Assembly: GCA_023515725.1 (NCBI GenBank)
Contig: JALDTO010000157.1
Location: 9,919 to 30,374 of the forward strand
Direction: 5' to 3'
DNA: 20,456 bases
Source of the DNA: Amoeboaphelidium protococcarum X5
Taxonomy: Eukaryota > Fungi > Aphelidiomycota
The notes under the pieces are model-generated. The model worked only from the letters and a program-made list of their open reading frames with translations, did not search any database and had not been told where the DNA came from. Positions 1-11,523 of this stretch are shown here, one piece after another (the stretch's first letter is position 1; each line of letters starts with the position of its first letter). The position numbers were made by a program, and so were the translations under genes.

Positions 1-324
1 AAGCTTCCATCCGGTGCCAAGAAGGTTGTACCTTCGCTGTCCCGTGCCATGGTCGGTATTGTTGCTGGTGGTGGTAGAATTGACAAGCCAATCTTGAAGG
101 CTGGTAGAGCTTATCACAAGTATAAGGCAAAGCGTAACTGCTGGCCAAAGACTAGAGGTGTGGCTATGAACCCTGTGGAGCATCCTCACGGTGGTGGTAA
201 CCATCAGCACATTGGTCATGCTTCTACTGTGGCTCGCGACAGTCCACCAGGTAAGAAGGTTGGTTTGATTGCCGCTAGAAGAACTGGTCTGATCAGAGGT
301 ACTAAGCAGCTGAAGACCGACTGA
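1..324 (+). CDS. RPL2: 60S ribosomal protein uL2 (RPL2 in yeast / RPL8 in animals), 3' part; 5' end lies outside the window
   Basis: Frame 1 reads [10 protein letters not shown]...[54 protein letters not shown]...[11 protein letters not shown], the eukaryotic uL2 C-terminal signature. Ends TGA at 322-324, followed by a second TGA. Confidence 0.98.
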   Translation, partial: KLPSGAKKVVPSLSRAMVGIVAGGGRIDKPILKAGRAYHKYKAKRNCWPKTRGVAMNPVEHPHGGGNHQHIGHASTVARDSPPGKKVGLIAARRTGLIRGTKQLKTD

Positions 325-476
325 TGATAATGTCAGTAATAAATAATTCAGTCTTAAAACAACTCTTTTATAAAAAGGATTTTTCTATTGTTTTAAAAGA
401 TCTATGCTTTCTATTTTTCTATTAAATATCACTATTATCATCATCAATCCATTACCACAGAGATACAAAAGCAGAA

Positions 477-1427
477 TCAGTGAGCGGGCACTTGAATTGC
501 TCTGATTCTCCTCTTGGGCTTTAGCTTCGTGTCTACAGTCAATTGTGGAGGCTTGGGCCGTCTAAGTTTCTTCTTTTCTTATAAGGTTGACAATGCAGCA
601 GCTTATTACTCACTCACTCGCTCGAGTGTCTATCTAAATTCTATAATATCTATAACTTGTATTCCTGATATGGAAGGTCGCTTCGATTTCATAGCTGTGC
701 TCTATCGGCCTGATTAAGAGACTGCTACCAAGTGCGGATGTTACGACAACACTTTGCTATCGGTACGTAGTGGGATACTTGGACCATAATCAGCAATCTC
801 TTTTATTGCACCCAGAGGACTAGCACGAATCTACGCACCACCACCAGTGCCATTACCAGAAAATACATGAGGAGTTCGTCGCTCCAGACATGGCGTGGAC
901 GCAGACAGAGCTACCATTGAAGTAAACGGGGCATCTACTGATTAAGGAGAATCCTCACACATTTCAGTAGAAATTTGACGCGTCAAGGACTACTTACTGC
1001 TCTTGGCCACGGCCGCATTTTGATGATCTTGCTTCTTATCCGCACCTTCAGTGCCCATAAATGACGTGCCATTCTTTACGATAAATACAAACAGCAGGAT
1101 TGCACCAACTAGAGCTACACCCAGAGAAGTGCCAATGATTATACAGATTACCATGGTCGATGATGCCGCCGTCGACATGCCAGACGACGCTTGTTTAAGG
1201 CTGCCCTGGGATTAAGCAGCACCGTCAGAATTATAGGCTGTGTATAGTGTACGCGTCTACTAATTGTCGTCCATCTATTATACTTTCCCTTATTACTAAT
1301 TATACTTTTACTACTACTACTGTTATCTATTGGTTGAAACAACTAGCGGAGAGGTTGCGACCATGGCCAGTTGCGATATAAACAAAATCAAAACAAGCAC
1401 AAAGCAATTAAAGCTCTACTTGTTCAT
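477..1427 (-). CDS. Uncharacterised type I membrane protein (316 aa): signal peptide, Q-rich short ectodomain, one TM helix, disordered cytoplasmic tail
   Basis: With TAR=Gln the frame is open from ATG 1427 to TGA 477-479 (951 nt). N-terminus MNKQSFNCFVLVLILFISQLAMVATS is signal-like. TM is VICIIIGTSLGVALVGAILLFVFIV. A Q run at 1308-1325 is encoded taa cag tag tag tag taa. Confidence 0.8.
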
Positions 1428-1875
1428 TGTACAAATTCTCTATAAGTCTATGTTATTTATTTAATAATATCAATAGTAATGATGCCAAGGGAAAAGCGGT
1501 ATTTTAAAAATGCGAGCCGCACTATCACTGACGGCAACGTGATTGTGGAACTCATGATTTGGACCTCGCGATTCAACGCCGAGTTCTAATTGGACGTTGT
1601 AATCTCCAAATTTTCGTAAAATTTTTTGATGTTACAACCATGATTTTTAGCCATGCTACATCATCTGTATCATTCAGGTATTTGCATACTTCATCACATC
1701 TCCAGGTAGTCTATGATAACCGAAACGCATTGTGTTAACTGAGAGCTATGATCTCGCATCAAACGTTGTCGCCGCGAGATCTTTCCGCTTACCTTTTAAA
1801 CCTGAAATCACCTGTAGTGTTATCTATTACCAGGAACGTAGTTTTAAGGATATAAAGATTAATTTTTGTATAGAG

Positions 1876-3369
1876 ATGGAGCAACATATTATTTGGATAT
1901 CTGCGTTATACTCTTTATTCGCTTTCCTGTTTGCATACAAGTTGTGTGGAAATAAGAATGTATGGCAAAGCTTTATCAAGTGCGGCATGTTTGGCACTGA
2001 TGTCCATAAGAAGGATCGACCTGTTATAGCTGAGTCTATCGGAGTATTATGTGGACTAGCGTATCTTGTGACACTCTTCCTCTTTATCCCGATTCCTTTT
2101 ATGAAATGGTTCATGGATGAGAATGTATCTTTGTTCATACAGCTATCTCATTCTAGGAGCAAGGTGATCAACTATGCAGATTTTCCGTTTGATACATTCA
2201 CCGCCCTGCTCAGCGGACTTCTCTCACTATCCTGTATGCTTCTTCTGGGCTTCGCTGATGATGTTTTGGAATTAAAGTGGAAGTTCAAGTTGATTCTACC
2301 CACCATTGCGTCCATTCCTATTCTAGCAGTGTATTTCACCACATATGGTGTTACAAATATTGTTGTCCCGCTGCCTCTCCGCGATCTGGTTGGATACAAG
2401 TATTTAGACTTGGGAGTGCTTTATTATTCTTACATGGGAATGCTGGCCGTATTCTGCACAAACTCTATAAACATTGTCGCCGGTATTAATGGTGTGGAAA
2501 CTGGATAAACGCTGGTGATTACTCTGTCTTTAATCTTGAATGACCTCCTGTATCTACTGCCGTCCTTATAATCCCTAAATATTGTGGATGCTGCAAGTAA
2601 CACTGTGGCTGCATTCAAGACTCATTTATATTCGTTTTATATGCTTCTGCCTCTGTTTGCCGTCACTCTGGCTCTCCATATGTGGAATAGATACCCATCG
2701 CGGGTATTTGTTGGTGACTGTTTCTGTTACTTTGCTGGTATGTCTTTTGCATCTGTTGGTATTTTAGGCCGTATGTCAAAGACTGTACTGCTGTTCTTCA
2801 TTCCTCAAATCATTAACTTTGTATACTCTTGTCCGCAGCTGTTTAAACTCGTGCCATGTCCCAGACATAGAATGCCTCAATATGATAGTGAGGGGGATGT
2901 GTTATTGCCTAGTATGGTGGATATTACGGAAATTGGAAAATGTTCAACGCTCAAAGATTCTCTTGCTTGGCTCATTGTCTAGGTATTCTATTCTATTGGC
3001 ATCATCGGCGCGTACACCAGCGATGGTAATGATGATAATGTGGTCAATGACAATCATTAGCTGTAGGATGGATCGTCCTCAAAGTCTTTGAATAAACGAA
3101 AGCGAAAGACTAGTGAGCGGTAAAAGCCTGCGTCATTAGCGGAATCTACCGAGGTTAGCAAGAAGTTGGTGGACTAATTATTCAAGCGATGTAAACTGAG
3201 CTAGGCAACTCACGTAAGCAATTTTACATTGATCAATTTAATACTCGTCTGGTTCGGTCCTATGCATGAAGCAACCACTACCAATTGTGTGATGGCGGTG
3301 TAAGTCGCGTTCTCTATCATTGCATTTAGTATCAGATACGGTTTAGTTCTGTACTTTTATCCTGAATGA
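1876..3369 (+). CDS. ALG7: UDP-GlcNAc:dolichyl-phosphate GlcNAc-1-phosphotransferase (497 aa)
   Basis: DPAGT1/ALG7 motifs are present: [27 protein letters not shown][TAA=Q], [67 protein letters not shown]. One frame to TGA 3367-3369 once TAR is read as Gln. Start taken at ATG 1876. Confidence 0.96.
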
Positions 3370-4270
3370 AGGATTTATAAATGTATATTCTATAAGCTTA
3401 TGCCGATTTGCTATAAAATGCTTTCTAGATTTGTTGTTTGAAGTATTATTGTGATTGTTTTCTACTTCAGTTGTCCAGTCGCCCCCTCTCTCTGTTTATA
3501 AAAGCAATGCGATGAAATGTAGACATCATCGCTTCAAAATTCTGTGGCTGTGTTTGCCTAGTTTATGACAACTTTATGTTGGATGATTGTAATGGCATTG
3601 TTGGGATTATCTCGTCCGGAGAACCTTTAATTTGTACGATATGTCAATGACAAATTGTTGCATTTCTCGTGTTTTATGGTACTAGGCGCGTTAATGGAAA
3701 GATCCATGTACACTTTATGGTCGCTCAGTCCCACTGGTTAGCAAAGGGCTTATAATAACATTATAGATTTACAAGAACTTGGCAGTCCATAATCGCGTCT
3801 TTTAAGCAGTAGAATGAGGTATCGTGGACTCAACGGTGCACAGTAATAATCTTACAAACCGGCAGCGGTCGCCTTCCTAATGTGTTTTCTCATGGCAATC
3901 ATCTCAGAAAGCATTCAATCACAACTCTCCTATAGAACGGCAGATCCAATCGACGCGCTCTGTAACATACTCGGACTTTCCACAGGAATCTCACTCTCTC
4001 TGGCTTTGCGTTAATACGGCTGGTGTCAATCTTGCTGTAATTGCTGTTGAATGAATCAATACTGTATAAATGATGGTATCGCTGAGTCTTCTGTCTATCG
4101 TGGAACCTTCATGTTAACTGTTTTCGATTCGATCCGCTCAAAAGTTTCGTTTCAGACACGAAATTCCTTTCATCTTCTTCAAAATAACAGACTTCTTCAT
4201 TACTCAAACTAACTTTGTATTTTACATCCTGAATAACTATACAGACTATATTTGCTGAGTTTAAAACAGA

Positions 4271-6949
4271 ATGGAACGTTGTGAGAGTATGATTGTGAAT
4301 GATGGCTAGAATCCGCAACTAAATATCAAGATGAAAGATTATTTCAGTCCTCTGCCTATTGAGTCATTGTTCATGAATGGTGAAGCAGATAATCGTGATA
4401 CCAAGAGTTGTAACAATGTTAATCGTGCTCAGGAGAAGCCTTAGACTTCGGAATAGAAAGATCAAGCTCAATAATAATAATAGTAGTAAGATTTTGACTA
4501 AACTTTTATGGTGGATGACCATCAGCAACTTAACGTTGACTAATCACAGTTGAGCATTGTCTCTTAGAATTAAATATTACCTAGTAAAATTCATGGCAAT
4601 AATGACTTTGATCTGTCTGTGATTATTATGGACTCTTTGGATGAGATGGTGGATCCGGGGAAAATGTCCCCTATTGGATAGTCATCGTTTAAAGATGATC
4701 GTATGGCGGATGGCTCCATTCACAATGCCTTTAATTAGTGCACTAATAATTCAGATTAACGTCTGGAAAGTGGTGGTGTAAATGATGATAAACTATTTGC
4801 TTTTACTACTCCTTACAAGGCTTAGTGTACTTAAACACCAGCTTTGTAGACGCCGTTTGGTAATTAGAATGTCAAGAAGAACAGCTATGATACTGCTACC
4901 AGGTCGAGATTGAGTCAGTTGATTTGCGAATTGGATGATTTGGACAATATTGAATGTGGTATTGATATAGGTGTGGATGATGGTGATAATAATATGAATT
5001 CCGATAATCAGTTATTAGAGGAAGAGGATGATTAAAGCTTCATAATGCCATTGAAGAAGTTGAAGATGAATGATAGTTATATAAGTGTTTAGGATGACGC
5101 GGAGAACGTTGAAGGTGAGTTGCACAAAGCGCAAGACAAAATATCTCAGTCGTTTAAGGAGGCTGTTGTCAGTTCTGGTCCGAATATATTCAATTTTGCT
5201 ACTCCAAAGGCTAGTAGTAGCAAGTAGCCAACTGGTAGTAGTGCATTGACTTTTAATGCTCACAATGCGAGATAACAGACTTCAATCATCAACACGAGTG
5301 AATTGTTGAACTTTAGTAAAGTTCCTCTCGATGCTTCTGGAATGTAATCTGTGCTTGATTATACTTATAATGATGGTATTTAACCATTGGAGTCGCAGGA
5401 TATTAAGACTGAATCGGTATAGCAAACTAATGATAATGAAGACGAATTTGAGTAGTTGGATGATACTCCAGCTCTATTTTAGTTGGTAGACAATGAGTAG
5501 ACGATTGACACTATTAAAACTGATACTTTACTCCACTATTAGATCCCTCAATCTCGCTATAGTGTGAAAAATACTGGTGATTTTAGCACGGATTAGAAGC
5601 ATCATATGCAAAGTTAAAACTCTTACCAGGCGTAGTCTTAGTCTAGGTAAAAGACATTTGATCATTCAGAGAGTCTCCGTTAGTTTGAAAAGTAATTTGA
5701 TGATATTATTGCAATGAGATAAAGCAATATTGGTGTTTAAGTAGACTTGGATCGAACGCCTACTAGGAAGAATGTTTCTTCTAAGTAGGAGTATGTAGGT
5801 ATGCAACAGTAGTCTGTGTTGTTGGAGAAAGCATTTCAAAAGCTGACTGCTGATAATTCTACTTATACCGGCATTTAATCTTATTCACGTCAATATGAGG
5901 CCGATAAGGCTGATTATAATTAAGAAGTTTTGGCCGCTAGAAGTTGCTCTGAACTAGTTGTTTTGGATGTGAAGAGATTTTTGACGCAAAGCTCTTATTA
6001 TGTAAATCTGTAACATCTGTGTATCAACTGGATTGAAGGCATGACTCCTCTTGGGGATATAGAATTTGTGAAGGAGTTGAGATGTTTACAGAATCTGTAT
6101 ATCATTGGACATAATATCACTAATCTTCCAGAGTTGCCTACTTCTCTTCAGCTGTTGAATGCTTCCTGTAATTTGATAAGTAGCGTTGACAGCGTTTATG
6201 AACTACAAGTCTTGAGTCTTGATAATAATCCTCTAGATTCACTATCTATTCACTCTGATACACTACAAGTTTTGTCTTTACTCAAGTGTCCACTGAGATA
6301 AAGATTGGAGTTATCTGCTGACTCCTTGAAGAGATTGGCTCTATCCTAAGGCTAATGGAGGTCAGAAGACGCGATCAACTTTCTGTTTGGCAACCTGCCT
6401 CGAATGAAGTCTCTATTAGAATTGTGTTTAGTAAATATGGGATTAATGGAGATTCCTGGCTCTATAAAGTCTTTGAATTCATTGGAACGATTAAACCTCG
6501 GTTCTAACATGATTGACAAGCTTCGGGTTGTCGATGAGTTGCCATCTCTCGTCAATCTAGATGTCTCTAATAACAAGTTGCGTGATATTGGTAAATGCTT
6601 GCGACTCTTAAAGAAGATGAATTTGTAATAACTATATCTTTGCGGCAATAAATTCTCAAGTAAGTTCACTGTATTCAATGGTCTACATAAGGAGCAAGTT
6701 CCATAGCTAGTGTAAAGTTCATTCTCAGCTGAAGCTGAATCATCTCTCTCTATGGACATTGATAATGGTAAAGATTCTGCAGTGGATGATCTCACTTATA
6801 TTAATCACATATTCTACAGACATGCAGTGTTTAAAGTTCTCAAAATCCAATGGCTGGATGGTTTACGCGTTGATAAAGCCGTAAAAATCAAGAATGAGAG
6901 ATAATATCAGCACGCAAAGAAGTAACTGTCTCTTGTCTTGAGAAATTGA
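4271..6949 (+). CDS. Leucine-rich-repeat protein with long disordered N-terminus, likely Cdc11/Nud1/SepK-like SIN/MEN scaffold (about 892 aa)
   Basis: Read codon by codon to the LRR region with no in-frame TGA; the frame ends at TGA 6947-6949. C-terminal LRRs (LQLLNASCNLI, LERLNLGSNMI, LVNLDVSNNKL) and an LRR cap (FYRHAVFKVLKIQWLDG). N-terminal motifs KDYFSPLPIESLF and YDTATRSRLSQLI resemble blocks I recall from fungal Cdc11/SepK. The CDS is secure; the ortholog call and exact start are less so. Confidence 0.8.
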
Positions 6950-7079
6950 TTATGTGTACTCGTGGAGTTACTGACTGCTTTGTTTAAGAGTTGTATCATT
7001 TTAATGAATCAAAAAAGTTGATTTAAGTTCGTATTTGAGCAAGATAATGCATAAGTTTTCAATCATATGATACAAAGTG

Positions 7080-7676
7080 TCAACATTAAACCAGGAAACC
7101 TTGTTCAATATATCGTTCAGCTTCGGAGCGTTTCATGTGCTCTTCGTGACCAACTTTGATAATTTTCACCGTTCCAGATTCTGTTTCAAAACTCAAATCC
7201 TTCACGGCTCGTACGCGTATGTAAAGAGACATTGGCGGCACCTGGCTACCCATCAGGTCCACGTACTGCAGATTATACTTGTAGATCAATCTGCAATAGT
7301 CCAGATAATACGTCTACTCATCAGGTGATAGTAATTGCTGAATATTCTTATGAGGCAATTTCTTACCGCCGCTCTCTGCGCGATTCTGCCATGCCAGCTA
7401 CTCAATCTTCTTCATTCTATGATGCATGTAGGTGAGAATGCACTGTTTATTTCTCTGAATAGATTCAATCGCAACATTAACCTGAGCCATTTCATTACCA
7501 GAAGGTTCCATTTGACTGCCACTCTCTTGCATATTATGTAGAATTTCTGTGCCATCATTATGCAATTTCACAATCTCCTGTACAATATACTTGAGGGAAT
7601 CGCCATTGAACTACTTCAGTCCACTTCCACTACGCTTCAACTCCCTCAGCAACTTTATCGCCTCATCACCATACAT
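7080..7676 (-). CDS. PSF1: GINS complex subunit Psf1 (198 aa)
   Basis: MYGDEAIKLLRELKR start, RNKQCILTYMHHRM core and PPMSLYIRVRAVKD...AERYIEQGFL B-domain match Psf1/GINS1. 597 nt from ATG 7676 to TGA 7080-7082 with TAR=Gln. Confidence 0.93.
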
Positions 7677-7833
7677 ATTTTGACTTATTTCGATGGTTGT
7701 CTGGAATTAGTTTTTTAAGTAGACTTGGTATAAAGATGATTAGACACTGAAAGATAAAAAAAATTGAAACAAGTAGCTGTGACAAGGAAGCAAACGACAC
7801 AAATATTTGGGACTATAATGACATACTGTATAT

Positions 7834-10596
7834 TCACATGTTTAATAGCTACTTGACCGTGACTTTACGTCTGACAGCATTGCTGAAGCCGTCATGAAAT
7901 CTGTATTTCACTTGATTCTTGGGAGCCTGATAGATTGGAGAACTCTCAGGCTATTTATCATCAGCCTTTCTAATAACGCGACCAAAGAAGTCCTTCTTTA
8001 GCACACGACTTCCGCTACTGATAGAGAGACCATTATTGTTACCAGTCTTCTTTTAAACAGCTGGAGCTCTAACACTACTGAGAGTGGAATCAGAATCGTT
8101 TCCAGTAATTTTCAAATCGCTAATCTCTTTAGCAATGAGTTAACGCACAGCAAAGTTGGTTGGCAGAGCGCATGGATTGGAAAGGCCATCAAATTTACAT
8201 ATGGTATCAATCTGTGGCTCAATTGTCGATACAAAAGTTCCGTTATCATTTTTTTACTACTTCAGATTGAGACCGAGAGACAAGAGTAAAGACGCAACAC
8301 GTCTGAGCTGAGACAGTTCATCTTAACGCAGCAAAGACACATTGACTCCACGAACATTCACAGCCAGGCACCTCAAAGCATAATACAAATACTCGGATAC
8401 AAATCTCTGATGATCAATGTATGCTGACTTGCACTTGAACTGATATGACGCGGCATTTGATTAAAAAGTGGACATATTAGCAACAGCCGCTTTACGCAGA
8501 TCTAGCAATAGACGAGGAAATTCAAACTAAGGCTTATCCTATGAGACCTGAGATGATGCACGCAGACTGTCAGTATAGATGTCATTCATGGAGCAATATA
8601 ACTGATACGCCTTGACTGGGTAGTGAGAATATGCAGCTAATCCTTCAGATGCCTTGGAACTATATGTTCTAGCATTGATTTAATCATAGAGCCAAGTGAA
8701 CTCATTCACTTTCATTAAGTTTGAACCCCATCCCATTAAATCTCTGTACCTGACACTAGGCGCATACTAAAAACAACCATTCATCACCATATCAATGTCA
8801 TCCAATTGAAACAAAAGTCCTTGCAAGTTACTATCACCCGGACTCTTCTTTTAATTGCAAAACACAGAATCCCAAACCTTGAAAATAGAAGGCTATCTAT
8901 CTTTAATGGAGATCTAATCAGCATTAGATTTCGAAGACTTAACATCTCGTGAACCAGTCTGATTTATGCCAGTTTTAGCATTAGAGTGTTAAAAGTCTAT
9001 CCAATTCAATACTGATCGAACATCACCATCGAACATTGCGGTCAATTAAGTCAAAGTTCTCTTGTCCAACTAAAGGGAATCCTCCTTGTTGACGATTAAT
9101 TGCAGTCGACGCACAACCTGATGAACTGATGGCTCTTTCACTTAATAGTGCTGTACAAACGATTTAAAGCTCTTCAAAGCAGGTGCATAAGCATCATTAC
9201 ATATACAAATTATAGGTCTGAGTAGTTTTTGGTACTTCTTCTCTCCACTCATATTACCATTTCTTTTCACAATCAGCTGTCCCTCCTAATCAGCAGATAC
9301 ACCATTAACATCCTAATGAAACTTTGACAATTTGGCACTTGTTTACACCATCCTTGTAGAGTTATGATCCTCCTTGCACAATTTAATCAGAAAAGACAAC
9401 AAACTCTTATCACCTCCACCTAGTGCACCGTCAATCTCATCTAGAATTAAAAGGTTCGGTTTACTAGAATTTATGCTTAACTTACTCTGCAGAGCATTCA
9501 TTATTTTCTACTATAGCGCCTCACCTGACCTCTCATCACTTGCATTAATTTCAATGACATTGTATCCGCATTACTTGGCTATTACATGAGCTAGAGTTGT
9601 TTTACCCAGTCCAGCTCTACCTGACAACATGAGTATCTTCTTCTCAGGTCTCTGTAGCTTGTCTTGATATGCAAACTATGAAGTATGACGCATTTATTGA
9701 GGATCTTTATTATTCGGAGTCTACAACAATGACTTGTTTTACTTTTTAAATACGCAAAAGTCCCAATGCTTCAACCAAGACATGCACTGCGAATTGACCC
9801 ATTCGTCCGTCACTAGATCCATATAGCTCTGTGGGCGATATTTGTCAGTAAGCAGTCGTTATTAAGACTGTTATTCAACACCATTATCTGCTTGAAGTTT
9901 CTACTATAAACCAGTTTCAACTCTAAGCAAGTCTTACTGCCTTTATTCTGCTTCGACTTGAGTTATCAAGTGGTAGATTGATGAAGATAGCAGCTGCTAC
10001 TGACTAGAATTCATCTTCTTTGACAATATATTCTTCTATTGTCGCAATAGATCTATAGGAAAATACAACTTTCCTCCATTGGACGACTTGGATATTATAA
10101 AGGAACCAGACTCTGGAATTTTGGAAAATCTCCAATCAAAGTTACGAACTGTACTGTGCTGATTCCTACCATCGATAATTGAAGGTTAAGGCACGGCTAA
10201 TGAATCGGTAGCAAGTCCATGAGCATTCGTTGGTACTTTCTTCTTATCACTAGAAGCAGCATACTAAACAGCCGACTGAGTTTAAGTATTAACAACTGTC
10301 AGAGATTACAGAATAGCAGTATCAGTAGTAGGTACAAAGGCAGCAGGAACGTCACCCAGAGCAATCTTCTTCTTGAGTTGAGCAAATGGATTTTTAGAGA
10401 CAGCTTTCGCTATTACAGCTTCAGACTCTTCAGCCAAACGCTTCCTGGAACCGCCAACACTTTGACGTACACATGGAGATGATGGCTAATGATTTGATCG
10501 AAAGACATTACCACCAATCTCAGATCCATCCAACACTTCCATCTCCAGCAAATCCATATTCTCCTTCTCCCACTAATCGATATCGTTATCATCCAT
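7834..10596 (-). CDS. CTF18: Chromosome transmission fidelity protein 18, alternative RFC large subunit (about 920 aa)
   Basis: LTDKYRPQSYMDL...WLKHWDFCVF, Walker A [32 protein letters not shown], Walker B LILDEIDG and the C-terminal Dcc1/Ctf8-binding motif YRFHDGFSNAVRRKV. ATG 10596 to TGA 7834-7836 is 2763 nt (divisible by 3), consistent with no intron; not every codon was checked. Confidence 0.95.
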
Positions 10597-10769
10597 CTTC
10601 TTCGTTACAAAACTTATTTACTGAAAGTGTACGACTATCGATAAGAATTGCTCTGAAACGGTAAAATGCCGAGGCAACTTTTTCGCGAATTGCCCGTGAT
10701 TGCACCGTTTCACTTCATGATGTGAAACGGCATTTGAATTCAAATAGATTCTCTTTTCTCTTGAAAGTA

Positions 10770-11147
10770 ATGGTGTCTCAATTTAATACAAGTGATTATA
10801 AGATGAACAACTCAAAGAACGTGTTCAAGAAGATAACTGCTGAAGAACTGGAGAATGCCAAAAGAAAGAACACTAATGTCAATACTATCAAGTCTTCTTA
10901 GCAATGGATTAAGAAATTCAATGACTATATCCGAGACGAAGGCGAGTATGTGGAAGATGACTGGTATAAAACGGAAGATAGTAAGTAGTATTTTTTGACT
11001 TCCTTGGAATGTTCTTCCTGTCCGTTCGAAGATGGAAATTAGTTCAAGGCAGAGAGTCTGAAAACTGGTTTACGCACGTTGACGCGTGCCATTACTGCTG
11101 AGCTGCCAAGAGATGTTGTGAACTTTAGAACTGATCTTATACTGTGA
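10770..11147 (+). pseudogene. N-terminal remnant of a Crypton-type tyrosine recombinase (catalytic domain absent)
   Basis: Reads FKKITAEELENAKRKNTNVNTIKSSQQWIKKFNDYI ... DGNQFKAESLKTGLRTLTRAI...VNFRTD, then TGA at 11145-11147. A shifted frame in between gives DFLGMFFLSVRR. Together these rebuild the NTxKST.W.vxxF..Y / L..FF.SVRK.DG..Y...SL....L.R pattern I recognise from Crypton and ZMYM/KCTD1/QRICH1 proteins. Confidence 0.6.
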
Positions 11148-11415
11148 ACGATTGATGATATCGTAAGCTCTGTCATCATTACAATAAGATCTGTGACAAT
11201 GCGCAAACAATGCACATTTATGCTGGGCAAAATAATGTTCATCATATTCACCTGAGTCGCTAAATCAAATTGACAAGTAACCGCAATAGTTAATGATAAT
11301 GAATAATATGGAACGCTCAAAGTTTGACTGGCATTTTACCGTTGATATCTGAGCAATTAGTTGGCAATAGCACGCGGCAGCTGTGGGAATTCCCGCTCAT
11401 CGTGCCGACTGCGCA

Positions 11416-11523
11416 AAAATTCCACTCACTTTGCTCGTGTAATTTTATTTTACAGAATTGCACTCACTACGTTCGTGCAATTCTTCATTGTGAATATAGC
11501 ACTCACTACGTTCGTGCAATATT
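11416..11523. repeat. Three tandem palindromic units (10-bp arm + 11-nt spacer + 10-bp arm), period 38-39 bp
   Basis: aaaattccac-tcactttgctc-gtgtaatttt (11416-11446), agaattgcac-tcactacgttc-gtgcaattct (11454-11484), aatatagcac-tcactacgttc-gtgcaatatt (11493-11523). gcactcactacgttcgtgcaat is repeated exactly at 11460 and 11499. Confidence 0.92.

Noticed and set aside
1732-1875. N-terminal extension of ALG7 from the GTG at 1732
   Set aside because: Non-ATG start with no similarity to the family; ATG 1876 gives the expected first TM helix.
11416-11523. CRISPR-like array
   Set aside because: Only three units, linkers of 7-8 nt, eukaryotic context and no cas genes.
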